64,000 nucleotides of DNA, taken from the NCBI GenBank assembly GCA_905178155.1, contig CAJINV010000002.1, positions 6,428,476 to 6,492,475 on the forward strand, read 5' to 3'. Shown in pieces: positions 12,601 to 22,699 of the stretch. Both the position numbers and the translations under genes were made by a program. The notes beneath the pieces were generated by a model. It did no database searches. It was not told the DNA's origin and saw only the letters and a list, made by a program, of their open reading frames with translations. The first letter of the stretch is position 1; every line of letters begins with the position of its first letter. Source of the stretch: Amoebophrya sp. A120 (Eukaryota > Protista > Dinoflagellata).

Positions 12601-14281
12601 GCCCGCAGATAACGTGTGGAAGTTCGAGATCACGGATCAGGCCAAGAATTTCATCGATATCAAGCAGCAGTTATCAAATGCAAAAATGTCTGGGTCTGGA
12701 AGATTGGAACAGTTGTCATGCACATTTTGCATGACCCATGACGCCTGTACTGCATGACCCAGCATCACAGATTTTGTGAGGGCTTTCTGATGCCTGAATA
12801 CCCCCTCCGCTGAGCAAAAACTGGACTCCTCTTGCTGCTTACGCAATACAGATTTTTTTCGAATCCAAAGACAGCATGACAAGTTCCATCCTTCCAGACC
12901 CAGACATATTTGCATTTGATAGCAGTACCCGGGTTACGACATCACGGGCGCCATGTTCACGGACGTGAAGGCGTATCGCAAGAAAAAACTGTTTCGGTGT
13001 AAGCTTGTGATGCAAAAAATGGAAGAACACAGAGGCATTTGTCTTGCTACCCATACAAGACGAGGGATTTTCAGCCGTGTTTTCCCTTAGGAATCTCGCA
13101 TGGCAAATTTTCTTCGTCATGTGTAACGAACTTGTGATGCAGAACTTGCACAATCTAAATCCATGCCGTGAAACACTTTTTTCGTGCGATAAGGCGGGGT
13201 TTCCCACAAAGTCCAGGGCAAACGTGATTGAGGTGATCTTCGTGCCGACCACCATCATGAACCAGGCGGACTTCGAGAACATTTTTTTCCTGAAGGGCCC
13301 GGCCGGGTACCGGTTTCCGCAGGTGTGCAACCCGGAAATTTTCGACCTGAAGTACACGAACCCGATGGAATATCCAGGAAAAAAAAATGTGCAAGTGTAA
13401 CTTCATAATGAAGAGTGGCATCTACTTCACAAATTCGTTTTGCATTTTTACGGTCAATAACCTGTCATGCGCAGCTAGTACGTGGAAACGCGTATGAAAG
13501 TTGTGGCCTATGACACACATCCAGCATGACAAGTGTAAACAGTGTTGCATTTTCTGCATTTCAGACTTACATCTACACATTTTTTTTCTTGCATATGGAA
13601 CTGGAAACGAGTTCCATGGGCCAGCAGGCCAAGGACACGGTGTTCCCGCCGGACAATCTGCAGTGCATCGGCTCCGGGAACGAAACGGTCACCATCAAAT
13701 TCCCACGCGGCTCGGGGCTGTTGGTTTTCAACTACACATTGACCCTGGAAGTGATGAACGTATCACATGTGCAAAAGAATATCATACTTCTTTCGATACT
13801 TTAATTGCAATCTTCTTGCATGACGGATTTGTGTTTGTCTCCCTCCGAAGGCAAATCAGCATTTACAAAATCCACATCAATATTTGCTCAGCAAGATCTA
13901 CTTGAGTAAATTTGTCACGGAGAAATTTCATACAGATAGATAGTGCGATCATACTTTTGCAATGCATAGAAGGCAGCGGAAGATCACGTGGAGAACATTT
14001 GGCACTTTGAGACCAGGAAGAAGGGCTCCTCAGCGGAAACGGCTTACACTATTGTCGATGCAAACCGGACGATTCCCGGCTTCAGACTGCAGGACTTGGA
14101 ACTCGCACCGGAGGAAGCGGGGTACGCGAGTGGGCGGTTTGGGGTCTCGGTCTGGAACACGATAGTTCCTTTGCTGAGTGCATTGCTGCTGGTGATGCTG
14201 AGCAGTGGCGGGACATTCTTTGGGGGGCGGCTTGGAGAGGACCAGCAGGGGACGAGAGCGGGGCGAGGCAGGAGGCGATAG
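661..14281 (+). CDS. Giant repeat-module surface/secreted protein (5'-partial, >2380 aa, 24 exons in window)
   Basis: Exons 661-1277,1535-1709,2618-3256,3439-3921,4188-4762,5024-5347,5528-5881,6106-7329,7618-7962,8150-8615,8883-8988,9273-9607,9758-9835,10067-10094,10629-10812,11080-11115,11428-11547,11778-11865,12179-12220,12435-12671,12927-12973,13197-13370,13601-13760,13974-14281 join in one frame (8 GT-AG introns, 15 TIR elements). Recurrent module I-x-x-P-x-G-F..C..LP..C..Y-x-F..V-x-NP..N-x-W. C-terminal hydrophobic stretch IVPLLSALLLVMLSS. Function unknown. Confidence 0.85.
1278..1529. mobile_element. Introner family A (TIR TATCAAATGCAAAAATGTCTGGGTCTGGA)
   Basis: TSD TCGCG/TCGCG; removal gives PIA-TQGYG. 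Confidence 0.92.
1790..2510. repeat. GC-skewed, homopolymer-rich insert inside canonical intron 1710-2617, probable decayed TE
   Basis: Abrupt compositional shift from the AT-rich intron flanks; weak end similarity TCACCGAA..CCGGGG / CCCCGG..TTGGTAA; boundaries approximate. Confidence 0.45.
3922..4182. mobile_element. Introner family A
   Basis: TSD GGTGA/GGTGA; TEV-NAY; can be read as GT-AG 3918-4183. Confidence 0.93.
7330..7612. mobile_element. Introner family B (TIR TATCCTGAGTAAAAAC[AG]TCCCCAC)
   Basis: TSD CGACG/CGACA; WAT-EGW. Confidence 0.92.
8616..8877. mobile_element. Introner family A
   Basis: TSD TGTGG/TGTGG; FGV-VYV. Confidence 0.92.
8989..9267. mobile_element. Introner family B, opposite orientation to 7330
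   Basis: TSD CTAAT/TTAAT; GLI-RIQY. Confidence 0.9.
9836..10061. mobile_element. Introner family E-like, aged
   Basis: TATGCGAAGAAAAAAGTGTTACA / TGTAACATTTTTTTCTTGGGATA; TSD CGTCA/CGGGA; frame restored. Confidence 0.78.
10095..10623. mobile_element. Introner family B carrying a nested 250-bp insertion
   Basis: TSD CGGTT/CGGCT; 529 bp minus 250 bp gives 279 bp, the normal family size. Confidence 0.88.
10344..10583 (+). mobile_element. Nested structured element, copy 2
   Basis: Flanked by direct repeat GCATGACAAC (10334-10343, 10584-10593); 3' ~160 bp homologous to 295-454. Confidence 0.8.
10813..11074. mobile_element. Introner family A
   Basis: TSD CGGTC/CGGTC; GAV-IQY. Confidence 0.93.
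11116..11422. mobile_element. Introner family C (TIR TATGG..TGTCAGGATCGAAATCGACAAA)
   Basis: TSD TTGAG/TTGAG; QFE-VIN. Confidence 0.93.
11866..12173. mobile_element. Introner family C
   Basis: TSD CGCCT/CGCAT; TGA-SDI. Confidence 0.92.
12221..12429. mobile_element. Introner family D (TIR TATCGCAAGAAAAAACTGTTTCAC)
   Basis: TSD GCTGA/GCTGA; KPL-NTL. Confidence 0.93.
12672..12921. mobile_element. Introner family A, opposite orientation to 10813
   Basis: TSD GCAGT/GCAGT; KQQ-YPG. Confidence 0.93.
12974..13191. mobile_element. Introner family D
   Basis: TSD AGGCG/AGGCG; VKA-GFP; GC-AG reading possible. Confidence 0.93.
13371..13595. mobile_element. Introner family E (TIR TATCCA[AG]GAAAAAAA..GTGTAA)
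   Basis: TSD TGGAA/TGGAA; PME-LET. Confidence 0.9.
13761..13968. mobile_element. Introner family H-like, aged
   Basis: TAT..TGCAAAAG / CTTTTGCAATGCATA; TSD GAACG/GAAGG gives GT-AG 13760-13972. Confidence 0.8.
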
Positions 14282-15774
14282 CGAAGGAGGTCATGATCCG
14301 TCGGGGACGGTACCTATTTCGTGGTGTCAAAACAACTTCGTTGTAGTAGGAACTAGGAACAAAGATGCACACAAACAGCTACTGCTGGACTTTTTGTACG
14401 CAAAAAGAAAAAATTTCTGTTGAAACCGAGAGCATAACTCTACCTTAACGAAGATCTTCACTGTCATTGTCAAACCCTTGTAAGAATTCTTCAAGGCTTG
14501 CCGTTTCCGCCCAAGCCCTCTGATAAGTTTCTGCCAAATAACAAAGAAAACCCATGCGCTTCCGACGGATAATAAATAGGTCAAGAATATAGCCTACGCA
14601 GCTTATTGGAATTGATGAACTTGCACTGGAAAGAGTCGTCGAAATCTTTTGTAACTGAGCTCAACCTGGTTCTTGCTTTTTTTCCCTCATATACAACAAA
14701 CTGCGACCTTTTTTTTGTCTCTTGAATTCATCACACTTTGAAAATGAGTAAATGCAAATAGAATTGACGAAATTATCACAACCAGCAGGCTTGTTGTCCT
14801 GGAAGTTCAGGCACATGTGCTCTCCATTTGCTCCTGTGCGCTGTGGTTCTAGGGCATACAACCCGCTGGTTGCAGTCACTAGGTAAAAATGAGTTAATAT
14901 TCCTCAGCGGTTTTTCCGCAAGACTTCTGATCTTTCGATTATACGCAACCAAATTTGATGAGGAGAATCTTCTATCAATATTTACAACCTCCAATTGGGT
15001 CCTCCGATGCAATGGTTCTTAATCTACTCTTCACAAAAGTCGAGAGGTGGTAAGTATCTATCTTCTACAGTATGAAGCAAGAGGACGCTGAGATGCAGAC
15101 GGCGACCCATGCTGACGTACCCAAAGTCAGGATGCTTTGTTTCCTCGATGGTTGTTGTTCTTTGTGGAAGGACAAAGGACCAGGTTCCTGCGCAGGAGCA
15201 GCATATCAGTATGCAGAGAACTAATGTGCTGCACCTACTGGTGAAAAGCACCGACAGCACAGGAAGAAGATCTCCAACACACCACACGAAAGATCTGTTT
15301 TTCTCTCAAAAAAGAAGTTGTCCAGTCTTCGTCGACGACGATCTCCCAAACACGACCTACGTCAATTGTTTCACTATTTCCAAAAAGCGCAGCAATAGCC
15401 AGCAACAGATGTAGGAAGGGGTTTAATTAGTGTTGAATCTGCGTGGTCTGCCGCACAGTAGGAGAAACAGTTCGCGGTGATATCTCTCCAGATACTTGTT
15501 TACAAACTGATTAGGAATATTGTAGTAAATGTAAATGTACGTCGTACGTAATTACACAAAAAGGCAAACTCGACGTCCGTGCGAGCTTGACTTTTCTGAA
15601 ATTTTTTTTCGCTTCAGGCCGTAGCTCGGCTGAGTTCTCTTGCCTGCGGTTCGATATAGTAACTACTTCATCACAGAAGTAGTCCACCTCAGTTGCTTGC
15701 GACTCTGCTGTACAACAACTTCCGGATTTTTTCAATTTTTTTGTAGCCCCATAAGCGTAAAACTTGTCGCAAAG

Positions 15775-18700
15775 ATGACGACGATTCTCGCCTCCGGGCT
15801 GCAGGTCAACTTCGAGAAGTTGTACCAGTCGATGCTATATGCATTGCAAATTTGTCTGGGTCTGGAAACTTGTGATGCAAGGAAGGAAATAGTGACAGTA
15901 AGCACACTGTTGTAATGCGCTGCCAAGCATGACAAGTTTTCTCGTGGTTCTGAGTTGCGTACTCCGCGTCAGAAACCGCGTTTTTGCATGACAGGCAAGA
16001 GGAGCTCTCTGCGGCCACGCAAAATACAGAGTTCGGAGTCCCGTGCCAGACTAGCATGACAAATTTCGCAATCTCGCAAAGGACCGACACAGACATATTT
16101 GCAGTCGATATGGGATTCAACAATTTTCAGCTGAGCATGAAACTTCCCAACAACTGGCTGACCAACGAGCTCGATGTGTCCAAATTCCTGAACGCGAAGA
16201 TTCAGAACGAGATTTTGAAAATCTCTCGGTCCCACAGCCAAAGAATCAAGCCGATTTCCACCGCGGCGCAGAAGAAGCTGGAAGACGAAAATTACTATGG
16301 TGATAATCATAATATTAACGTGACCCCGGAGCAAATTATCGAGGAGGAAAACCGCATTGAGACGCGGAGGATTTTGTTCCTAAAACCAACCCGGATAAAG
16401 TTCTCGCAGCTGGTAGTGTACCCAGTTTTTGGAAGCGGGAAGCGCGGGCGGGAGACGAAGGAGCACGGCGGGCAGGCGCTGCAAGAGGCCGAGGCGACCA
16501 TTACTTGCAGCGCGTTCACCGGGTTCACGGAGGAGATGATGGATCTGCAGGAGAAGGAGCGGGACACGTTTCAGACGTTGCTGCAGGAACAAAAAAACCG
16601 GATCCGGGAAGAAGGATGGAAAAAGGCGGAGGAGAAGATAATTGCGCCGGCAGCTGCACCAGGTACGTACTGAGGGTTTGCATTTGATTGTATGTACTTA
16701 TTCGAATTTAATCATAATCTACCGACGTAAAGATCGTTTTTTGAAACGACAAACAGAACAAGGGATCAGACGGTAGATTATATACTCGACACGTTTCAGC
16801 AATCAAATGCGGCTGAATTTTTGTCCACTCGACACACGTCGACCACAGGAGCCTCATCCATTCAAGTACCGCTCGCGGGTAGTTCAAAGGAATCGGTGGC
16901 AGGGCAGATCGCGCAATCGAACGAGCAGCCGTTGCCGTCGCCGCCGATCGAGTCCGGGCCGGATTGGAATTCTGCTGAGGGGGTTGCAAGGAAAGACATG
17001 GCGGAAAATGTCGCCAAAGCAGGGCTTATCAGATGCAAAAATGTCTGGGTCTGGAAGAAATCAGACGTTTGTCATGCATTTTCTACATCTACAAAAAGGT
17101 CTGGAATGCACACAGAGCATGACAAACTCTGTGGAGGCTTCTCCATGCCTATTCCGCATGACAAATGCCCTCTTCTGGAGACAAAATTCGGGTACCTTTC
17201 GCTGACTACGCAATACAGATTTTTGCCTGTTCCAGAATCCGCATCACAAGTTCGCATCCTTCCAGACCCAGACATTTTTGTATTTGATAGGGCTTTTGGG
17301 GCAAGGTAAAATATCTTTGATGTTGGGCTTGTTGTTGTCATGAAACGATGAAAAATCCGCGGGCCACTACATCACTACGTCTTTTTCGATTTTTGGGTTT
17401 GGTTTTGGTTTTCCATGGAAGTATGGCGGCGCGAGCTCATTTTTTTTGAGAAATTTTTTTTTTTCATATGCCATTTAAATGCCTAGCAATATGTGCATTT
17501 ACTGGCCCCATTACTGTAGCGCCCCATTACTGGCTAAGCTTCGCGCGCCCGTCTTGTTTTAGGGCTCGGGGGATTCCGTTTTGCCTTCCTGCGGAAGGTG
17601 TCTCGGGGGCCGCCATTTCGCCTTCCTTGCCCTCTGGTAGGTCTCTCCCTGGCGGAAGGACCGCTGCTTGATTGCCTCTCTGGGGAGTGTGAGTTGTTTA
17701 TTTCCTGGCTGGCGCGAAGCTTTCGCCATCGACTCCAGATTGATAAATGGCCCGAGCTTATTGACACCTCCTGCGCGACGTGGGTGGTTCGGGGTTTTTC
17801 TGTGCCCGGGCTCGCCGAGGCGTTTTGGATTCGGCTTCGGAGCGCGCAGGTTTGCGGCTGTCCGGGGCTGTGCGCGTGTGCTTACAGCTTTTGCGCCGGG
17901 GGCCCCGGGTTTTTTCTTTTGTGTCCCGGGGCCTCGTCGGCCTCGTCACATCTACGCCCCGGGTCCCCGGAACATGCATGGCCCGTCGGAAGGCAGGCCA
18001 GCCTTCGGTAAAGGTAGGAAGGTGAGGGGGTTGCAAGGAAAGACATGGCGGAAAATGTCGCCAAAGCAGGGCTTTTGGGGCAAGGTAAAATTGCTTTGAT
18101 GTAAGTGGTTGAGCTTGTTGTCATGATGAAACGGTGAAAAATCCGCGGACCACTACATCACTACGTCTTTTTCGTTTTTTGGGTTTGGTTTTCCATGGAA
18201 GTAGTTCCAAATGCAAAAATGCCAAGAATCATGATGGCGACACGACTGACACCACCAGTCAATAAAAAAAAAACAGTGAACATCCTAAACGAGCCCTGGA
18301 TTCGGAACCATGAGTGTTTCAGGAAGGTTTCATATCCAAGAAAAGAACATTGTGGGTGTAACTTTGTTGGAGGAACAGCATTACAAATGTGTCTGGCATG
18401 ACAGCAAAAACCTGTCATGCGCAGATAGTACGTGAAAACGCCCTTGAATGGGCTCTACAATGCATGCCCAGCATGACAGACGTAATCATCTTGCATGTTG
18501 CGCATCACAAATTTACACTAGCAACGTTTTTTTGTTGGATATTTCAACGTGGAAAATGGTCCACCGCTACGTGTCGTCCGTGGCGCTCACGTACGTGCAG
18601 ATGTTCGGAACTGAAAAAGCTGCCGAGGCAGTGAAAAAGCGCACCACCCCCGCGTACGTATCAACGGACCCGAAAGAGCTGATTTTGGGACCGGACCACA

Positions 18701-21700
18701 GGGATCACCACAAGATCCAGCACCAACTCGACCCGCAGAGAATCGACCACGATGTGGACCCGGCGAAATTCATCTCCCTCGAGGAAGCTCTGGGAACACA
18801 GGTAATAACGGATTACGCGTTCACGGATATGCGCCACTTGCGAATTCCCGCGCAGAACGCGAACTACATCCGAGATGAGTTCCGGAAAGTCTTGAAGGAG
18901 TGTGTGGAGCACTATCACAAGCACTACGACAACCGAGGAATTTCGCGGGCACTTCCGCCTGACAACACGGAATTCAGTGGTGAGCGAAGCTTTCCGGCGG
19001 GCGTTATAAAAACATCAAAGGGCGGACCACAACACGAAGTTCCAACTTTCGCACAAGAGCAGGCGGGAGGCAGTAGCAGCAGTAGTTACTACCACAAGAA
19101 TCCTGCTCCTACTAGCGCAGCACCTCCGAACGGCGACGCGGCCCTGCGGGACTATATGGTCCACCAGAGTAATAAAAACAAGGGAAATATTAAAAATGCA
19201 GCAGCGGCTGCATCTATGCAACAGCAGAGCAACATGAAAGGCGGCGGGGGCAAAGGTGCGAAGGATAAACAATACATGATAGAGCAGTACCACCTCGCTC
19301 TGCAACGGGAAAGAGAGCAGAAAAAGATGCAAACACAGCAAATACCGACCAATTCTTCGATGTTGGCCAATCAGTCGCAAGACGAGCAAGCTGCTGCAAT
19401 GCGACGGCCAGAGGCGATGGTTCCTCCGGCGCCGGGGGGTGGTATTGGTTTTCCACCAGGTTACGAAGCTGCTGCTGGGCCGCCGCAACCGCCATCCTCG
19501 CAGTACATTCTGCAACAGCAGCAGAACTACGCGCAGATTCCACCTGGGATGAAGCAGGGTTTTATTGCAGAGGAAGAGCTAGGAACATCAAACGGAAAAG
19601 GCAGTGGAATGAAGGGACTGTATCAACAACAGCCAGGAGCGCAACAGCAGCAGCTGCAGCAGCAATTTAACATGCACCAGACGGAGCAGAGTTTCTACAA
19701 AGGCGGGCCGCCCATCATGAATAGTAAAGCTACTCCTGTTCATGTTCATCCTGCTGGGAGCAGTAGTTTCGGAGGTGGTGGTGGAAAACAAGGCGGCAAT
19801 AAAAACGGCAAGGACCAGCAAACCTACTCCAAGGGCGATTACGTGCGCATGCTGCAAGAGAAAGGGTACCGAATTCAGAAGGAGGGGCAGCATCAAGCGT
19901 GTCCGCCCGAAGATGAAGGGATACAAGGTAGATTACGTGAACAAGAAGACGCTGAAGGAAATTCTGCAGCCATGAGAAAGAGCACCGCTAGTACTGGGAG
20001 GAAAACAAGTGCATCTTCACGAGCAGGGCCTTCTGTTGTTGACAACCAGGAAATGAAGCAACGCTACTTGTTCTCCAACACGGACGAAGGACCAATTGTG
20101 AAACAAGAGCAGGCTACTTTGTTAGAAGAGGACGCCATGGACCGTGAAGAAGTTGAGCTTCCCATCGAGCAAACTCGGTTGATTCCCTTTTACGACGAGG
20201 GCGGAGCAAAAATAAACCTAGAACAACCTCTGCTGTCACGAAGACTCTTCGAGGGCGAGCACACGATGCAGGAACAAAATGATAGAAGAGACAACAACAC
20301 CTACAACAGTCCGGCGGCTACTGCAGGAAATAAAGAACAAAAGAAAAACTACCAAAAAACTACTCCCGCGCATTTCTTTTCCCCCACGAAACGGAACCAG
20401 AAAGCCGACCGGCCGAAGTACCTGCTGACCCACCCGTTCCCGGTCATCCGGGTGATGAAGCACCGGCCGAAGATCCGGGATTCCAATGGAAAACCGGTTA
20501 TGGACAAGAGAACGAACCAAGTGAAATTGGGGAAAGAGGAGTGGTTCTCCGTCGACAACCGCAGATTGCTCTGCTTGCAAAGGCGAGCGGTTCTGTACGA
20601 AGAATTGTTTGACATTGACTGCTATCAAATGCAAAAATGTCTGGGTCTGGGAGCTTCCGAGACTTGTCATGCAGATTTTCCATGATCCATGTCGTATGGA
20701 ATGCAGCACCTAGCATGACAGATTCTGTGAGATCCCTACCATGCGTATCCTGCGTGAGAAACTCCCTGCCAACTTGGTCGAAAGTGGACAGCTTTTGGCA
20801 CGCATGCAACACAGATTTCTGCATGATCCAGAATTAGCATGACAAGTTGCAACCTTCCAGACCCAGACATATTTGCAATCCATAACTCCTACGTGACCGG
20901 CGTCGAGATGTTCGACGACACCCACTTCTCCGAGATCAAAAAGTTCCGCACGCGAACCAACGGGGAAACCATCGAAATTGGGTTTTACAAGGGCCACGGC
21001 CGGGCGAACGTCGGGCGGGATACAAAAAACAACGGGGGGGCCATATTGCAATGAAAAATGCCCCCACCCCCGAACTCGGGAGCATTTGTATTGCAAACCT
21101 TTCCAAATGAAACATTCGCCCTCTTACATCTATCAGCATCACAGATTTCCGATCGTGAATAGCAAAAGTTTGTATTGCAAAAGATCCTAGCAAGAGCGGC
21201 GCTTGTCATGCAAGCGATGCGACACACACCTAGACTCTGCATCAGAAAGGTTTATACTCCTTTCATGCATGACAGAAAGTTTTCATTTGGAAACTTTGCA
21301 TCACAAATTTTTGCAACTTTGGGGGTGGGGGCATTTTCCTCGCGATAGACCAGCACGGATAACGAGCAGGCGGAGAAGAAAGATGAGCGGTGGTACTGGT
21401 GTTGGGAGGCGAACGACTGGAAGTTGCACGTCACTGAGAAGAAGGAGAAGAAGATCGGCATGCACAATTACATGTGGGATCACCTGCAGGCAAGGGATTT
21501 TGTCAAAACCTACGTCCGGAAGAACAAAAGGTATACTATACAGTTTTCACAACTTATCTAAAGTACTTTCTGAGAGACTTGTTGCAGCACTGGATTTGAG
21601 ACAAAATGACGAAGATTATTCGATTATAAAGACACTACATTTTTATGTAAATTAAAATTACAAAACTACAGCGACCTGCCCGACCCGGGTGAACTGCTGA

Positions 21701-22125
21701 AGCCACACATCTGGATCGACCCAGAAGCGATCCAGTGTGTCCACCTGGACTGCGGGTTGTGGGAGTACCGGGTAGGCAACGAGTCTTTCGGGCCTTTCTC
21801 GAACATGCAAATGCAAACCTGGGCGGCCCAAGGGAGGCTTCCGCCGAGTCTGCCCTGCCGAAGGAAGGTGCACGAGAAGCTCCGCCTCGAGGCCGCGGAC
21901 AGCACGGAGGGTGGGTCGTACTCGTCGCCTGAAAGGGTACTTGGCACGGTGGACGGCACCGGGAGGCGCAAGCAGCTCGCGAGTCCGCAGCTGCTGCACG
22001 AACACAAGACGTGGCACCCCGTGTCGAGCTACCATGGGTTCCAAGCTAGTGTCGAGTACGATGACCCGCTCTTGTGTCCGGTCGACGCGGACGACCAAAC
22101 CCTGCAGGACCTGCAGGGAGAATGA
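15775..22125 (+). CDS. ~1240-aa protein with split ParB/Srx-like motifs, Q-rich linker and C-terminal GYF-like domain
   Basis: Exons 15775-15837,16116-16662,16849-17026,17295-17305,(optional 18022-18084),18277-18332,18547-20622,20890-21043,21353-21530,21672-22125 join in frame. Motifs KPTRIKFSQ..YPVF, FPVIRV, FSVDNRRLLCL, KFRTRTNG; GYF-like WEYRVGNESFGPFSNMQMQTW. Domain calls are by motif recognition only. Confidence 0.7.
15838..16110. mobile_element. Introner family A, opposite orientation to 3922
   Basis: Interior is the reverse complement of the 3922 copy; TSD TGCTA/TGGGA; frame restored. Confidence 0.85.
16976..18203 (+). repeat. Direct duplication (16976-17423 vs 18023-18203) flanking a ~600-bp GC-skewed insert
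   Basis: Both copies run TGAGGGGGTTGCAAGG...TTCCATGGAAGTA; only the first contains the introner; insert 17424-18022 has T-runs near its left end. Confidence 0.9.
17027..17289. mobile_element. Introner family A
   Basis: TSD GGGCT/GGGCT; empty-site paralog at ~18069-18073. Confidence 0.95.
18333..18541. mobile_element. Introner family E
   Basis: TSD TTTCA/TTTCA; KVS-TWK. Confidence 0.9.
20623..20884. mobile_element. Introner family A
   Basis: TSD ACTGC/ACTCC; sister of 63169. Confidence 0.92.
21044..21347. mobile_element. Introner family G (TIR TAT.GC...GAAAATGCCCCCACCCCC)
   Basis: TSD GGCCA/GACCA; GGA-STD. Confidence 0.88.
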
Positions 22126-22699
22126 TCGTTGATGAAGAGGATAAGTCGAAGAGAGTTTGTTTGCGCTTCGAGCAGAAGGTTTCGAAGACAAAAATGTTGC
22201 GACGTATAATTTGGTGGAAAAAGTATCTGAGTACTACGGCAGCATCGAATGTCAACAGAACATCGGCCTCGACGAGCGTATCAGATTCATCCTCGGCGTG
22301 TGCTTACTGTGTGATGTCGGAGGGGGTGACACGTGGGAGAATATCCAGCGTTCCAGTGTGAACCCATTCCTGTATAAGTACAACCGAACCACTTTCCTGT
22401 GTCGAATCAAACGAGAATAATTGTCCTTCCCTGTGGTCTTTGCCACGACCAAATCGAAAAAGCAAAGGTCTACCTTGACAACTAGTGATCTTCTTGTGAC
22501 TGTAAAAAACAATCTTCAATAGATTGATTTACAACAAAACTACAACGCCCTGTGCTAGTTCCCCTGCTGTTTCGTCTATTTGTAACCCTCGGAAAGTTTT
22601 CCAGTCTTTTTATTCGGTGCTGTGTGAAAACAGGTGCTCTCCCTCTTGCTCATTCTTTTGTTGGCCCGTTGTTGCCCTAACAAGTCAAGTGGCCAGTTT

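Noticed and set aside
10813-13968. CRISPR array or integron-like cassette array
   Set aside because: The repeats are inverted pairs with TSDs at irregular spacing, the intervening DNA is in-frame exon, the context is eukaryotic and there is no cas or integrase gene.
17306-17343. Stop codon ending the gene at 17343, making the 18448 ORF a separate gene
   Set aside because: A phase-matched GT (17306) to AG (18276) intron continues the frame, and the start of the 18448 ORF lies inside an introner.
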